Origin: Hydrolagus affinis | Taxonomy: Eukaryota | Assembly: GCA_012026655.1 (NCBI GenBank) | Contig: JAAILG010001312.1 | Location: 1-64,000 of the forward strand | Direction: 5' to 3' | DNA: 64,000 nt | Shown here: in pieces, positions 38,724 to 52,715 of the stretch | Numbering within the stretch: the first letter of the stretch is position 1 | Layout: every line of letters begins with the position of its first letter | Translations under genes and position numbers: made by a program | The notes under the pieces: model-generated | Database searches by the model: none | Told to the model about the DNA's origin: nothing | Seen by the model: the letters and a program-made list of their open reading frames with translations, nothing else

Positions 38724-39835
38724 CCCCCCGCAGGTCAGAGATCAGATCTGTGTTTCTACTTGTCGATCTGTTTATAACTCACTTCCAGTTTTATAGCTTC
38801 CAAGCCAGCGGGTAATTGGCAACTGACTGTTGCAGATAAAACTCCAGTTGCACAGAGAGGAAATGAATGCTTGTGATTTCTCCACCTTTAACCAGCGAGG
38901 CAGAATTTATCTTCCAATTTCCATTGCTGCATTATTCAAAGACCGACCCTGGTTTGCTTTGTAGAATTACAAAGTTTACAGGACATGAGAGGCCAATTGG
39001 CCCATTGTGTCTGTGCTGATGTTCACTTTCCCCTTTTCAGCTCCCTATTCCCATTCTCCTGTTCTTTCCCCCAATTGTCTGTGCTGGAGCTCGCTACCAC
39101 ATTGGAGCTCTCTACTCTCGTCCCATTCCCCTGATTGCTTCTTTGCTGGTGCTTGCTCCACACTGGAATGCTCTAATTCTACTTTAATCCTGTTCCCTGT
39201 GTTTCTCTATTGTGTGTTTGCACCCCATCTCATAATAATAATAACCTTAGATTCACTCTCATTGCCTAAGGTTAGACACCAAAACAGAACCAAGTATTCC
39301 AGATGGTGTGTAATCAACACCCTACACAATGGGGCTAATATGTGACAAATTCAAATGAGATTCTTATTAAAGAACCAGTGCAAAGTCCATGCAGAGAAGG
39401 TGACAATCTTCACTGTGATTTACAAGAAGATCCTGAGTGAGAGATAGAGTCATTTCCTAGTGGGTGATGAGATGTTTAATCAAACAGGGATTCTACAAAG
39501 GACGTTTAACGCCTTGGGATGTCCTCCTAACGTGAAAGATACTATACAAGTGTAATTTTGATATTGTTGTTAGCCATACCTCCAAGCAACAGACATGGAC
39601 TGCTTGGCCATGGATTGCAACCAACCTGCCCTCTCTACAGCTGAAAGGAGTTGTAGAGAGGTGGTTTGTTCCAAGGTCACTACTCCTTGTCCCTGTGTAT
39701 TCTTTTTATAGAATTTTTGGTTTCACATCAATTGTCCAGCTTAACTGCTTTATTTAAATCAGTATTTATTACTCAAGGAAACACACAAGCCAAAACCACC
39801 AAGCTTTGATTGAACGAATAAAAAAAAGTGACTTG

Positions 39836-39995
39836 TAATAATAATAATAATCCTTGCGTTTGATATAGCGCCTTATCATATGGAGACTTCTCAAAGCCAA
39901 AAAGTGGATTGACTTTGTATTTTGTGGGTGAAACACAGCAGCCAATTACGACCACCAGTGTCCAACAAACAGTCGAGGTTTGAGTGACCAATTGT
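39836..39995 (-). mobile_element. SINE 3' fragment
   Basis: (aat)n ccttgcgtttgatatagcgccttatca...cagcagccaatt..aaacagtcg. Confidence 0.75.
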
Positions 39996-40191
39996 TTTTT
40001 ATAGTCGCCAGCATCAGCTTCCTCAGTGTTTGACATTAGAGGTGTATTGTCAAAGGTGCTGAACTTCAGGAGCTGTTGATGATATAGTGTAAAGTGACCT
40101 CTGTATCTATATATTAGATTTGCACAAGTTATAGTTTTAATTCTGGAAATGGTTCCCCCATGGCTTCAGGAAGCTCCTGTTAACAAATCAA

Positions 40192-40421
40192 GCAACAACA
40201 ACAACAAAATTATACTTGTATAGCACCTTTCACGTCAGGAGGTTGTCCCAAGGCACTGGAAAGTCATTGTTTCAGACCCGACCTGGGGTTGGGGCAGGGA
40301 GGGTGGAAGGAAATGGGGGCGATTTGGGGTGACCAATGGGATCGTCGAAGAAGAGGGTCTTAAGGCAGGACTTGAAGGAGGCTAAGGAGGGGGCGAGGCG
40401 GAGGGACTGCAAGATGGAGTT
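40192..40421 (-). mobile_element. L2-like LINE 3' end (tail-only relics also near 13325, 29075, 39500, 41915, 49945 and 50785)
   Basis: aacaacaacaaaattatacttgtatagcacctttcacgtcaggaggttgtcccaaggcactgga, followed by gtcgaagaagagggtcttaaggcaggacttgaaggagg. Confidence 0.7.
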
Positions 40422-41054
40422 TACATAGCATGTTCAATAATGTTCCTCATGGGAATCCTTGAGATAGGATCCTAGTGGGAACTCCTTACAGTAAACCAAA
40501 CTCCAGTGGTAACTGAGCTCCGAAAGGGGATCAGGCAGAAGCAGACATCTCGCTTAATAACAGTCTTTACGTTTGAATTTACATGTCGTTGAGATGTCTC
40601 AAAGTATTTCACTGAATACATTGTAAAGTGGATTCACTGTATTTTGTGGGAGAAATGTTCTGTGCCTCTATAGTGTAAGAGATAAAGGTGTACAGCCAGC
40701 CCGGCGTGGTTAGGAGCGGGGAGGGAAGGGGGGATGAGAGAGGGTCTGAAACACTTCAATGAAAATCATGATCGATAATCCTCTTGTCTCCAAACAATGT
40801 AACGTTTGTTTTAGCAAAGTGTCATCTGAGGAAATACGATTCCGCCTCTGTCTCTCCTAATGTGATCTTTGCAAAGAACCGTGCTCTCACACTCACCCAC
40901 TCATCCATGTCAGGAGTTAAAGTGTCTAGGTGCTTCCCTGACCATGTTAGCACCGACATAAAGACTGACTCATCCTCACTGTTTCTGTTGAGGGAAAAGC
41001 ACTTAACTCCTCCGACGTGACAGGCACTATGCAAATGTAATTTTGTTGTTAACT

Positions 41055-41359
41055 GGAATCCTGTAGCTCAGTGGTTAGAGCACTCGCCTTGCAAGCAAGA
41101 GAACAGGGTTCAATTCCAGGCAGAGCAAAACCTTGGGCAAGTTTCCTTACTCCACATGCCTGATAATAATCCCTCAAGAAAAAAAAATTGGTCATTTCAA
41201 TGCACGACTGTTTTTGGGACACTGCTGTGCATAATTGGCTGCTGCTTTTCGCCCACAAATAAACAGTAAATTCATTTTACAGTATATTCTGTGATACTCT
41301 TTGAGAAATTTAGAAGATGTGAAAAGCACTATATCAAAATGCGAGGATTATTATTATTA
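41055..41359 (+). mobile_element. full-length tRNA-derived SINE
   Basis: ggaatcctgtagctcagtggttagagcactcgcc...ggattattattatt. Confidence 0.9.
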
Positions 41360-43964
41360 CATCACAGATTGTGAACAAGGCAGATGGTGGTTCGTAACGA
41401 TAGGATAAGTATCAACATAAGTATCACAGTCACATTACTACCTTCGGTTGGGGGGATGATGGGGGGGAGTAACGGAGACAAAATGGGACTCCTTAAGGCT
41501 GAGCTGCCACTCCGCTGTGCAGAGCTTGCAATGTGGAAATCGAGTCAACTCTCTGTGGTGGACTTGGTTTTGCGAGCACTGTGGTATGCGTCTGGATAAG
41601 CGCGTGTGTGTATGTGAGTGTGTGTGAGTGAGTGAGTGGAGGGACATTTGTGCACATTGTGAATGCTCTGTGTTAGTGTACAGTGTGCTTAGTGTACTGT
41701 GTGTAAACTATGACAGGATGTATGTGGGTGGGTGTCTCTGTGGGTTTATGAAAGTGGTGTGTGCATTTTCTCACCTGTATTTTCATCTATATTGGTGATG
41801 GTGTATGTACATGTGTGATGGTTTCTATATGAAGTGTGTGTGTCAGAAGGAGAGAGAGAGATCTGTAAACTGAAAATCAGAACGAATGAGGAAACTTGAT
41901 TGTTGTTCTGATCCTATATTATATGGCGATCTTGTTAAAAGTCACCTGGCACATCAGGAGGACATCCAAAGCCACTGGACAGTCCAGGGCTTGCAGAGTT
42001 GGAGAGAAGGCAAGTGGGGTGGAGCATGAGTGTGTCATGGGGGTAGAAGTTGGCCGAAAGTGCCATCTTCAGTCAACGAAGAAGATCTTGAGGTAGATCC
42101 TAAGCAGGCGAGGGAAGGGACTCTGGGATGGAGTTACAGAGAATGGGCTCAGATGCACTTAACGCCCAACTGCCTATGGTGAAGAGTGAGACATGAGGTA
42201 GGTAGTGCTCGCTGAGTAGAAGGAGTTGCTAGATGGTAGAGTTTGAGGAGTTAGACACAAATGGACACAAATCCCCATTGTAGCAAAGCATGATCGGTCC
42301 AATCCCTCACTTCCCCCCCAATGGACCCATTTCACACACTATGCAGGGTTCCCCACATCATCGGGAAACTTCTATCAAAACTTATTTTGTTGATCCTTTA
42401 GAATGTTAAAGATTCCGATCCTGCTAAGCCGGCATAACACACAATTTATTAGAATCAATGAAATGGTGACTTCTGTTAGAAGGAAAGAAAGACAGTAAAG
42501 CGAAGGTGAGGAGGGAGTGGGAAAGGCCAACGATTTGTATTTGTTCTCCGCCTTCCTTTTTTCACGCTTTGGCAGCTTCTCCAAATCGCAAACGATCTAC
42601 CTCGCAGAGATCCCCAATTCTAGGCTGATTTAGATTTTTACGAACAGATGCTGCCAATAGCACTTAGGTCCCTGTTTGTGAACGTCATCAATTTAGCCCC
42701 ACTGTGTTCTCTGCTCGCTGTTAATTCCCCCAAAGTGTAGTCTGCTCACTATTAATTCTCCATGTGTACTCATCATTCATTAAAATAGGGCTTTAAATAC
42801 ACAGATGACAGGTCTTATAGACAATGCGCATAGCACTGATTTGAGGGGTTCCCATGTTGAGAGCTGCCGCACTCTGGGTTGATTATCAGGGGATAAAAGT
42901 GTAAATGCGACATACGGGTGCAGTCCATGATCTGATGTGTGTTCCTTTGTATGGATGGTTGTGTGTGTGGGTGGGTGTGTGTGTTGGGGTAAGGAAGAAT
43001 GGGTGGAAACTGTTCAACAAACCCTGGCATCAGACTGACTGAGGCTCCGATTTTATAACAACGGCTGAAGGCTAGTGGCAGTGATTGAGATAGGGAGAGA
43101 ATGGAATGGAGAGTCAAATCTGAACCAGGCTGGCACCGTAGCCATGACTTCCACAAAGTGGGACGAGCTTGAGATTGAGGTTGGTTGGAGGAGGTTTTCA
43201 CCAGTTGTCAGTCACTATTGAAATAAAGACTTGGGGGCGGCCACCACCGAGACGTGTTCTGGTGCACAATAATCGTGGCAGCATCTCGAACTGATCAGCA
43301 CTCTGAGATGCTTCGCCACGCAAAGTGCGCTTTTTGTAAATGAAAGTTGATGTTTTTGTGGATGGCTTGCAGATCATTTACAACCATTTGAAATTCAATT
43401 GATGCACATAGGGCTTCTCTGAGGGCTCCCTGCTCTCAAGCTATTGGGAGGCTCTTGTTTAGACTCTCTCGCTCCAAAAATACATGTACTATACTGTAAT
43501 TGCTTCTTCAACCTTCCCTGGCCACTAATTCTACACTCCTCTACTCCTGCTATCAAATGTTCTCCTGATTTCCTTTCCCCTTTCCAAGCTCTGCACTCTA
43601 TGTAACACACTCTCAGCTCTAGATATTGTATGTAATGCATTCTCAGCTGTCCATTACCTGGTGTGTAATACATGGCTTGCTCCATGCTATTTCATGTTTC
43701 CCATTCCCTGCTGTATGCTATCCCATGTTTCCCATTCCCTACTCCATGTTCTCCTTTATGTAACACTGGTGCTGGCCTTCCTTTTTCAAAATACATTGCA
43801 CTAAAGTCATGCCGTAGAGGTGTTGTGGACAATGAATAGATGAAATAAGGAAGAACAATGCAGTTTGTTCATTGTGAAACAACTCCCTTATGTTTGCAAT
43901 GTGGAGAGATTTTGCTGTCCATATTGTAGCAGTATATTTCTATTAAACATTATTTCTGGTAGCC

Positions 43965-44185
43965 TAGCACACAAGGGGTCCAACCTTTTGGCTGCTGAGG
44001 GCCAGATCCCGGATTTGAGAATCATTCTCTGGCTTCAAAAGCAATATTTTAGCCTGATCAGCCATTCCTATTGGCAGGAAGAGCCCAAACCCCTGGTGAC
44101 CATTCTGCTGATTGGTTCGCTGGTCAGATGAAATCATTGCCCCCACTTCCCCCCCACCCCGAGCCGGATGCGGTCCACGCTGGTC
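43965..44185. mobile_element. hAT/Charlie-like non-autonomous element relic
   Basis: caaggggtccaaccttttggctgctgagggccagat ... gagccggatgcggtcc, terminal motifs typical of hAT-Charlie elements. Confidence 0.45.
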
Positions 44186-47100
44186 TAGGTATTTTCTCCC
44201 TGTAGATGTAATGTATTTTAAATGTGAGATATTGTTCAGAGATCTCTGACCAGCCTCTGGAGTCTGATGTACATGTTTAATGGTGTGTCCCAGATGGTTT
44301 GTTATTTGTAGTGTCAATAAGCTCTCAGCTTTCATCATTTTCATCCAATCTTTCCATTCTGTGAACAACTTGCCCCCCAAACAGTATAATGTCGATTCTG
44401 TCTCCATCTCGTGTCTCAAAACTGTTCCTGCAGATTTCCTGGATCCAGACTCTCTGTATTTGTCTGTAGCCTTTGTGTCTGGCACTGCACTGCTCAAGCT
44501 AAACCACTTCTCTCAACCCTGTTTGTAGCCTCTCTGCCAAGCTCTCCATGTTACTTGTGGGTCCAATTCAGCTGTTGTAGTTACTATACTCTGCTGCTAT
44601 GGCTCTGTGGCTTATCACTGTGTGAGGTTTTGCAACTTGTTCTTTTGATGTATATCTTACCCGTCTTTCTCTTTTTCTCTCTCCTATTTTCTCTTTTCCC
44701 CACTGCTCCCCATCTAAAGAAGCACTCTCTCTCCCTTGCTTACAGACTTCACCAGGGCACTCCCAGCCCCAGATACTCACCACTTCACCAGGAAGGCTCA
44801 GCAGACTAACATCGCTTACCCTTTGCAGTGCTGGCTAAACCTCTTACCTTTTCACTCCCTGTTTTGTCTGATCTTTGCACTTTTTTGCTGTATCTTTTCT
44901 TTCCCTGCCCCCATTGTGTCCAATGACTGCTGTCACTCTCATTACCTATCTTACCCATTGATTAACCTCTCAATGTGCCTTTTCTCTGTGATCAGTGACC
45001 TAATGTTTCTTTTTCCTTCCCTTTGTTAAGTAGCAGAGGTGCTCTTTCGTGTGTGTGTGTGTATGTGTGTGCGTGAGTGTGTGTGTCCACATGCATGTTG
45101 GGAATTCTGTCCATCATTAACAGGTCCACGGTCAGCACTATGCTTTGCCTGTACCCTCTACAGAGGTGTGGGCAATCCCACCAAAATACAATGACAACTG
45201 CTCGCCCTGACCATTTCTATTTACAGTAAGATAACAGCAAGGATTCTCGCAAAGGAACCAAGGCTGAGAATTTGTAAAGCTTTGTAGCACCTCAGCGCCC
45301 ATCACCAGTTGTGTTGTGATAAAACCAAACTTTGACTCGAGATGAGTAATGTGTTTGTTGTCAGTCATTTTCTGTTGTTTGAGAATCATCGGGTGTATTG
45401 GAACATGGTGTGCAACATGGTGAAACCCTGTTGATGTTTACTTTCAGTGGTCTGTGGTTATAATTTAATGGTATCAATGTAATGTAGACAGTGGTATGTG
45501 CGTGTGCACATGTAGACAGGGAGTCCAGTCCTGCCTGCTCTCTGAGGACCGATGCTGCCCCAGGCTGATCATAGTACAATGGGCTAGCCGGTGGTGTAAG
45601 TCTGCACTCCTGTTTGTACTGTACTAATTGCACTTAAATGAGGCAGCACAGAAACAGTGGCCCAGATTGACGTTAATCTGCGCTGTAAATTTCTATGGTT
45701 CTAGCTCACATTGTTAAGAGCTGCAAGACAACGTAAAAATTGGGGTTGAGCGAATATATGAACCAGACTACTACACTGATGGGACTGTTTTCAGTAGCGC
45801 TCATTCCCCTGGCCCCTCCAGTGTGAATGTTGCAGGTTCAATTTGGTAGCAGTTCTACACTCACACACCCCCTGTCCTTCATTTCCTCTTTAAAGCCCAA
45901 TTTCCATTTAAAAGTGCTTAGACAGCAATAAGGAGCAATAAACAGGCATTAAATATGTCTCAAAGCGCTTCACAGGATGCACTAAATTGTAGAGAATGTG
46001 TGCTTTGTAATCAAATACACAGAAAACTAAAACCAATCATTCCCGAAAACAAATTGGTCACTCACTTCATTGCTGAGATAAAATTATCTGCCCCATTAGA
46101 TTTTGCAAGATACACAGCCAATGAACTATCATAGTAAATCCTGTGAATCGCTTTGATATGTCCTCCCACATCAAACATGATGATCATTATTATTTGTGTT
46201 GTTCTCCTGAAGTTGCTGCTGTTTTTTGAGCTCCTGTAGCTGGCAATTCTCTAGCTCTTCAGTCAAGTGACCATTCTTCATGATTGCACGCAAATCATGA
46301 TGGTCAGTGCACCACCTGTTCATAGGAAGAGGAGGAGTAGGCCATTCAGCTCCTCGAGCCTCATCCTCCATTCAATTAGATCATGGTTGATTGATCCTTA
46401 CCTCAACCCCACCTTCCCTGCAATAATATTCAATAGTGGATTTATTTTTGAATGATGTTGTCCAGTATCTCTGCTTTGGACCGATGCCTAGCACCAAACT
46501 AACAGTCTACTCTGTGACGCATGCTCTGGCCTGAGTGGATAAACTATTTGACGTACATCCAAATTGGGCCAGACTTCTATTTATTTTTTTTACTAAATGC
46601 TAAAGGGGCTTAAATTTCCATTTTGAATTTGGCAGCGGCCTCTGACTGAGTCCCTGGGCTGTCTTTTTTCTCCTCGATGTGCCATGCAAATCATACCAGA
46701 ACTGTGCAATAACTCTCAAGTGAGTCGGCTCAACAGCTGTGCCCTAACTATGTCGCCAGCCTCGCCCCATTAAAGTGCTGGATCTGGAAGCATTTGGGCT
46801 ATTTCTGCCCAAGGCTACCTCTGCTTTCACCTGACTCCGAGAAATACGCATACAGTTTGCATTAGTTTCCATTTACCGTTCAACATCGGGCTCACTGAAT
46901 CAAATCACACAGAACTCTCGGTTCCAACTGCTTTACTGTGTTATTAATACACTTATTTTAATCAAGAACTGCCTCATTAAAGTACTCATTTGTCATATGC
47001 TGTGTTCGTGATCCAAATTATATTCTTTGTGGCTGCTGGATTGGCTCTGATGCTTGTAGTTTGTATTATTTGAGGTCCCCATAGTATTTGATCGCTGGAT

Positions 47101-47827
47101 TGTTCCAGATGTGTGAATGAGTAGAATTCTGTTTATTGGTGTTGGAATTCAGCTGTGACACTTGTTGTGCGAGCCCTCTCTCCCTCCTTCCCCCCCACAC
47201 CCCCCCTCTCCCACACCTATCTAACAGAAGTGCATGCTGCTAATGATAGGCTGATGGTAGGTATAGAGATTTCTAAAGCTGGAAGTGTGAACACAGGGGA
47301 AATAGACAAGCGGCAGCCTGAGGGAAAGTGTTGCTCTTTAACAAACCATATCAGATACGATTCATGATCGGAGCTACATCTCTGTATGGTGGCGCTTGTA
47401 AGCCATGAAGGCTGATATCAATTGCAGGATTGTTCTTCTGAACCGGCGCTGTTAGAGTGTATACCACCGTTATACCATCACTGATGTCACAGTCTACATA
47501 TACCCGCATTGACCAAAAAGAGCGGACTTGAACTGTCTGTCCTTGTTACAGCTTTTTTTCTCCCCCCCATTGTTTTGGATGCCCGTGCAATGAGGAGAGT
47601 GTGTAACTTAGCTAACAAAGTGTTTTCCGTTATTAATCATTGACTTGTAAATTGATTTGAAGTTTGCAAACTCTGCGCGACAACGTCCTGGAGCCTTTTT
47701 GAGAGAACGCAATCTTTTCACAGCCATCAGAAACGCAGCCTAGTTTAAGCTGGGGCCAGCCCCAGGCACGGCCACAATTACAGTGCTCGTGTTCAGCTGA
47801 GAACCAACCATTTTGTTTGTGTTGCAG

Positions 47828-47963
47828 GTTACCCACTGGAAATAAGCCAGTGAATACAGCCCAAGTTCAAGGGCAGCTTCCTGTGGACGACTCTGACAGG
47901 AAAACAGAGCCTCGCTCCTCTGTCTCAGACCTTGTGAACTCCCTGACCAGCGAGATGTTAATG
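47828..47963 (+). CDS. syt7: Syt7 constitutive linker exon (136 nt, phase 2->0): [45 protein letters not shown]
   Basis: tgtgttgcag acceptor and ATG|gtgagt donor. Conserved [19 protein letters not shown]. Confidence 0.95.
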
Positions 47964-49374
47964 GTGAGTGACCACGTCCTCGCAGCGCGGGCAAACCTGT
48001 GCAAAATACTGTCCATAAATCAGACCAGGCACCTGGTAGTTCAGTTGTCGCCAAATATTCAAGCCACATATCACACTTCGCACAAAAAAGAGGGCTTAAG
48101 TCAAGGTAGGATATGTTACAGTAATGTGACAATGGCACAAATTCATGATGTGTATAATTGTTGTCCAGTCAGTGCTCGAAGTTCATTCTCTTCAAAGTGA
48201 AAGATTCAACTTTCGAAACGTATAATTGTATCTCATTACCACCACTGGAAGTCTTAAAATCTGCAACAATGCAGGAGTTGCTCTGACTATAATAGTATAA
48301 GAATTGCTGGATGAAAGAACACCCAAATCCATCCAGTTCGCCTTCCGCCATCCCGTCAGTCATATGTACATATCATGTCCCAAACTATATATTGTATCAC
48401 GCGATATTGTTTCCTAAAATAAATCTATCTAATTTCTTTATATTAAAGAGGAGAGGACTGAGGATAGACCAAGGCCCTGCGGAATGCCCCCTAGTGAGCT
48501 GGACGGTTTGGGGAATCAAAAGATGAGAATTTTAAGGGAGCGTTTTGGGTGATGATTTAGCCTGGTACAGTATCACTCTTGCCTCAGTCAGAAAGTTGTG
48601 GGTCAGTCCTTCATTTTGTGGCTGTTTGTGGGATTTTGCTGTGCACAATTGCCGACAAATGCACAACAACTATAAATCCTGTGAAGCCCTTTGAGACATC
48701 CTTCTGATGGGAAAGGTGATATATCAAATTCAAGGATTAGGATTATTATGATAAACACAGTCTACAGTGTGTGTGTATAATATATATACACACACAGTAT
48801 ATAAACACATTTATACAGTACTGCATTGCTCGATCATCACATGGCAATAAAGCATCATCCTATCACCATAAAAGGCCAATAAAATCCAACTCTAAGTGTA
48901 ATAAGATTTGTTTGCAAGACTCCAGCCTCCTTAATAATGTCAAGTAAATCAGTCAGCCTAGTTGTTCTGTGTTTAGCATTGCTGCTCATAAGACATTTAT
49001 TTATAACATTCAAACTCGACCATCCTTTTACTACTTTAGCGATCGACCTCTGTGTTCGCTGCTGGGATTAATTAACACGCAGTGATGATCATCAATCCCA
49101 TTTTACACATTTTCTTTCTGTGCAAAACATCATCAGTTCAAGTTCCAATTGGCAAAGAAACACTTCAACTTGAATGGTTCCTAAACCGAGGAGGATTATG
49201 TTTGATCATTGATCATACTAGCGGTTCTGATCTTTCTCACTTGGCCACTCTCTTTCTCTCTCTGAATGAGTATGTCTATGTTAACTAATTCCAGCTGTGA
49301 AACCAGCTCAACTTCAAAACAACGTACTAAGTTTTCATTAAAGCCAACCAACACCTGATTATTAATACTAATAA

Positions 49375-49608
49375 TCTTTATCCTTGCATTTTCTATTGCG
49401 CCTTTCATATTACAAGCACTTCGCAAATCGCTTCACGGAATTTCCTGTGAAGTATAGTGACTGTGTATTTGTAGGTAAACACAGCAGCCCATTTGCGAGC
49501 AGCAAAGTCCCACAAACAACAATGAAACAAACGAGCAATTATTTTGGGGATTGTTGGCTAGGACACTAGGAATAACTTCTGTTACTTTTCAACTTGTGCC
49601 GTGGGATT
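49375..49608 (-). mobile_element. degraded SacSINE1/DeuSINE-like 3' portion
   Basis: gcagcccatttgcgagcagcaaagtcccacaaacaacaatg...ggacactaggaataacttc..tgccgtgggat. Confidence 0.6.
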
Positions 49609-49611
49609 GTG

Positions 49612-49928
49612 TGGCCTGTAGCTCAGTGGCTAGAGCACTCGTCTGAAGCGAGAGACCTGGGTTTGAAATGTTGGGTTGGTTTCCTTATTCTACACACCTC
49701 TTTACCTAGCCGTAAATAGGAACCCGGAGGTTAATCAATTGGCGGATTGCTTTTCTGCTCTTTAGAAAAACATCCTTGTGTATAATCCACGACTGTTTTG
49801 CATTGGAAACTTTTAAATATTGATTGGTCGTCTGTAACTGGGATGTCCTCTGGAAAGTCCTTTGAAGCGCTCTGAGACGCCGTCCGGCGTGGAGGGCGCT
49901 ATATAAATCGAAGTTGTTGTTGTTGTTG
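49612..49928 (+). mobile_element. SINE with the shared tRNA head but a different L2-type (GTT)n tail
   Basis: ctgtagctcagtggctagagcactcg head. The tail aagcgctctgagacgccgtccggcgtggagggcgctatataaatcgaagttgttgttg matches the LINE end at 34846-34905. Confidence 0.8.
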
Positions 49929-51814
49929 AAAGTGTTTGTGAGGGAAAACAAACAACAAAATTACATTGATAGAGCACTTTTCACATCGGAGGGACGTCCC
50001 AAGGCGCCGGTGAAATGTTTGCACAAATCCTGGTTCACAAATCCTGTAACCGTGAGACCATGTGCTAATTTTGACCTGAAAATTGACCTAATCTTCAAAG
50101 AAAGAAATAGGGAATTGGGAAAGTGAGGGACACCTATCTCCGCCTTGATTAAAAGAGTCAAGTCACCGTAACTCAACAAACAGCCCATGTTTCACTGTGA
50201 CATTATCATCCAGAACAGCCACATTTTATTGGAAACGTTACCTGTTTTGTCTGGATGTGGTGATCAATTGCAATCTTTTGAACCAATGCAATGATCCATT
50301 GACGGATGCTCTATTTCAATGGCAGATGCTCTGTTAGAGGCGTGTCAACAAAACAGAAAGGGAGAGGTAGCAAGGAGGAATAAGCATTCATTGGCACACA
50401 TCAGAACCCCCTGTGATCATAGTGATTTGGATTTACTACTGTCAGTCTGTGGAATGAGAGAGTAGGAGTGAATGATGCACTACTGTCACTCTGTGAGAAT
50501 GAGAGTGATTACTGTACTAATGCCCACTTTTTGAGAGTGAGAAAGTGACAGAGAGTGTGTAAATGTTGCATTGTCAGTGAGCACAAATGAGAAAAAAGTA
50601 TTGGGACACTATCCTGCATGAGGGGCACTATATACATGCATGTTGGTGTTGTTGTGGTACGACAGTGTAGCCCCGCTATAACTTCAGTATAACACGAGTT
50701 TGGGTACAATATGGACGCTGAAAATCCCACCGTATTGAGGGTGTGTTTGGTATCACTCTTGCCTCTGAGACTAGTACTTGTCCAGTGCCTTGGGACGTCC
50801 TCCTGACACGAAAGGCGCTCTACAAATGTGTTGTTGTTGTTGTTGTGGTGGGTTCCAGCCCACATCAGGACCTACGCTCCCAGGCTGGTTGTACTGAGCT
50901 CAGGAAAAGCATTGGCCGAGGCCCCGAGCAGGAATAGACACTTTCCAAGCGTTTGTTTAATTCCATAACTCCTATTAGAGTATAAATTACGCTGATACAG
51001 TTACAGTTATTCTCAGTTGGGCAAATGAAAATAAGCTGCAGTCTGCTGACTGAGCTGGAGTGCTTAATGTTACACAGCCCCTCATAGGCATGGAGAGTGG
51101 TTGGTATTCCATGCCAGACCCAAATTGACTGCACTTCAAGAGTTCTCCTGTGCTCCAGTTCTATTGGATTGGTCAAGGTTGATGATCAGAGACATTTTGC
51201 CCTTGCCCAAAGCTCTATAAAATATGCAGCGCATTAGTTCAATGAGTTACATAATCCGATACAAAATGCTCATTATTGAACAGGAATAGAATGTCATTAC
51301 TGTAATGCAGCTGCTTTTCTGATAACTGTGTAATTCAATATGCTTTAAAAATTCACCATGGACTTTGTTAGTATGTGTGTGTGTTTGCACGCAGGATGGC
51401 ACTGTCAGTATACTGTGAGCTTCGCATGTAACTTTGAGTTTAGACAGAAGATGGAGCTTTGTGAGTTGACATGCTACATTACGTATCTGCTCAATGACAC
51501 CCAATAGGGGAGGCTTATGTATTCCATTGACAGGTGGCTTGCTTTCTCATTTCTCTTTGTACTTGTCCCTATATGTATTTTTATTTCTCCATCAGCAGTT
51601 TTAAGCTACTCTAGTACTGTGGTCAGTGCAATTTTTAATTTTGATCAGCTGGATAATTACACCTCCACAATTCATTTCAGACTATTAAGAAAATAATCCT
51701 TACATTTGGTACAGAGCCTTTCGTGATGAGAGGATGTCTCAAAGCAGTTGCAGGGTACACTGTAAAGTGTAGTAACCAAGTGATCTATAGACCATCAGCC
51801 AATTTAATATCTGC

Positions 51815-52005
51815 CTGAACAGGCAGAAGACGATTTAATACGGTTAAACACGGTTTAATATCTCTGAGGACAGCAGTTCCAACAGTATCGAGCATCCCCA
51901 ACACTGCATTGAAGTGTCAGCCTAGACTATGAGTTCAAAGTCTTGATATGGGTCTTTCAACAGACAACTTCTAGCTCAGAGGAGAGAGTTCTACCAACTA
52001 AACCA
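51815..52005 (-). mobile_element. SacSINE1/DeuSINE-like 5' relic
   Basis: acactgcattgaagtgtcagcctagactatgagttcaaagtc...ctcagaggagagagttctaccaactaa. Confidence 0.6.
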
Positions 52006-52715
52006 GACTGACTATAGCAGGAAGAAAGTAGATTGTTTATCCTTGGCTCATTCTGTAACACAGAAGAACCCTCTGTGTCACATACTCAGATGTGAAGGGT
52101 TTCAGATAATAACATGTGAGGAAGAGATAATCTATCATTCTTTTAATTCTGTGGCTCGGAAATTCCTGCTGCCCTGGATAGTTGACATTGAGTACTTGTG
52201 AAGTGTTTGGAGTCTGATGTTTAACGTTAACTGGTTTCCTATTTGGAGCATAAAAATCGCACTTGTATTGTGATATATGATTATTGCACAGGAAAAAAAA
52301 CTTCACCAGGGTGACAAATTCATGAGTGGGGCTGAACTCGAGAGTCAGTGGCTGGGATTCAAAGGACAATGCTCCATTTAAGCCATTTGCATAAAGTTAT
52401 CATAATATAATTATTGCAAGAGTTTATTTTGTTCAGAGCATGGGAATGAGAAGTGATGTCTTGGCTACTCAACCACATCAATTTCAGTGACTGGCATTAC
52501 AAATAATTAGCTGTACGCTTTCAAATACCATTATTTTCAAATTGATTTTTGAACAGAACTGAAGCATTTGTCACTAATGGTTGCTACGGAACTTTTCTTT
52601 TCTAGTTGATTAATGTACCTCAGTAGCCATCAACCTGTGATTCACCCATTTATTTCCTTTTTAATTCTCTCAGACATTTCTGTTCTCTTTCCTTTTATGG
52701 CACTAAAGTTGGTAG

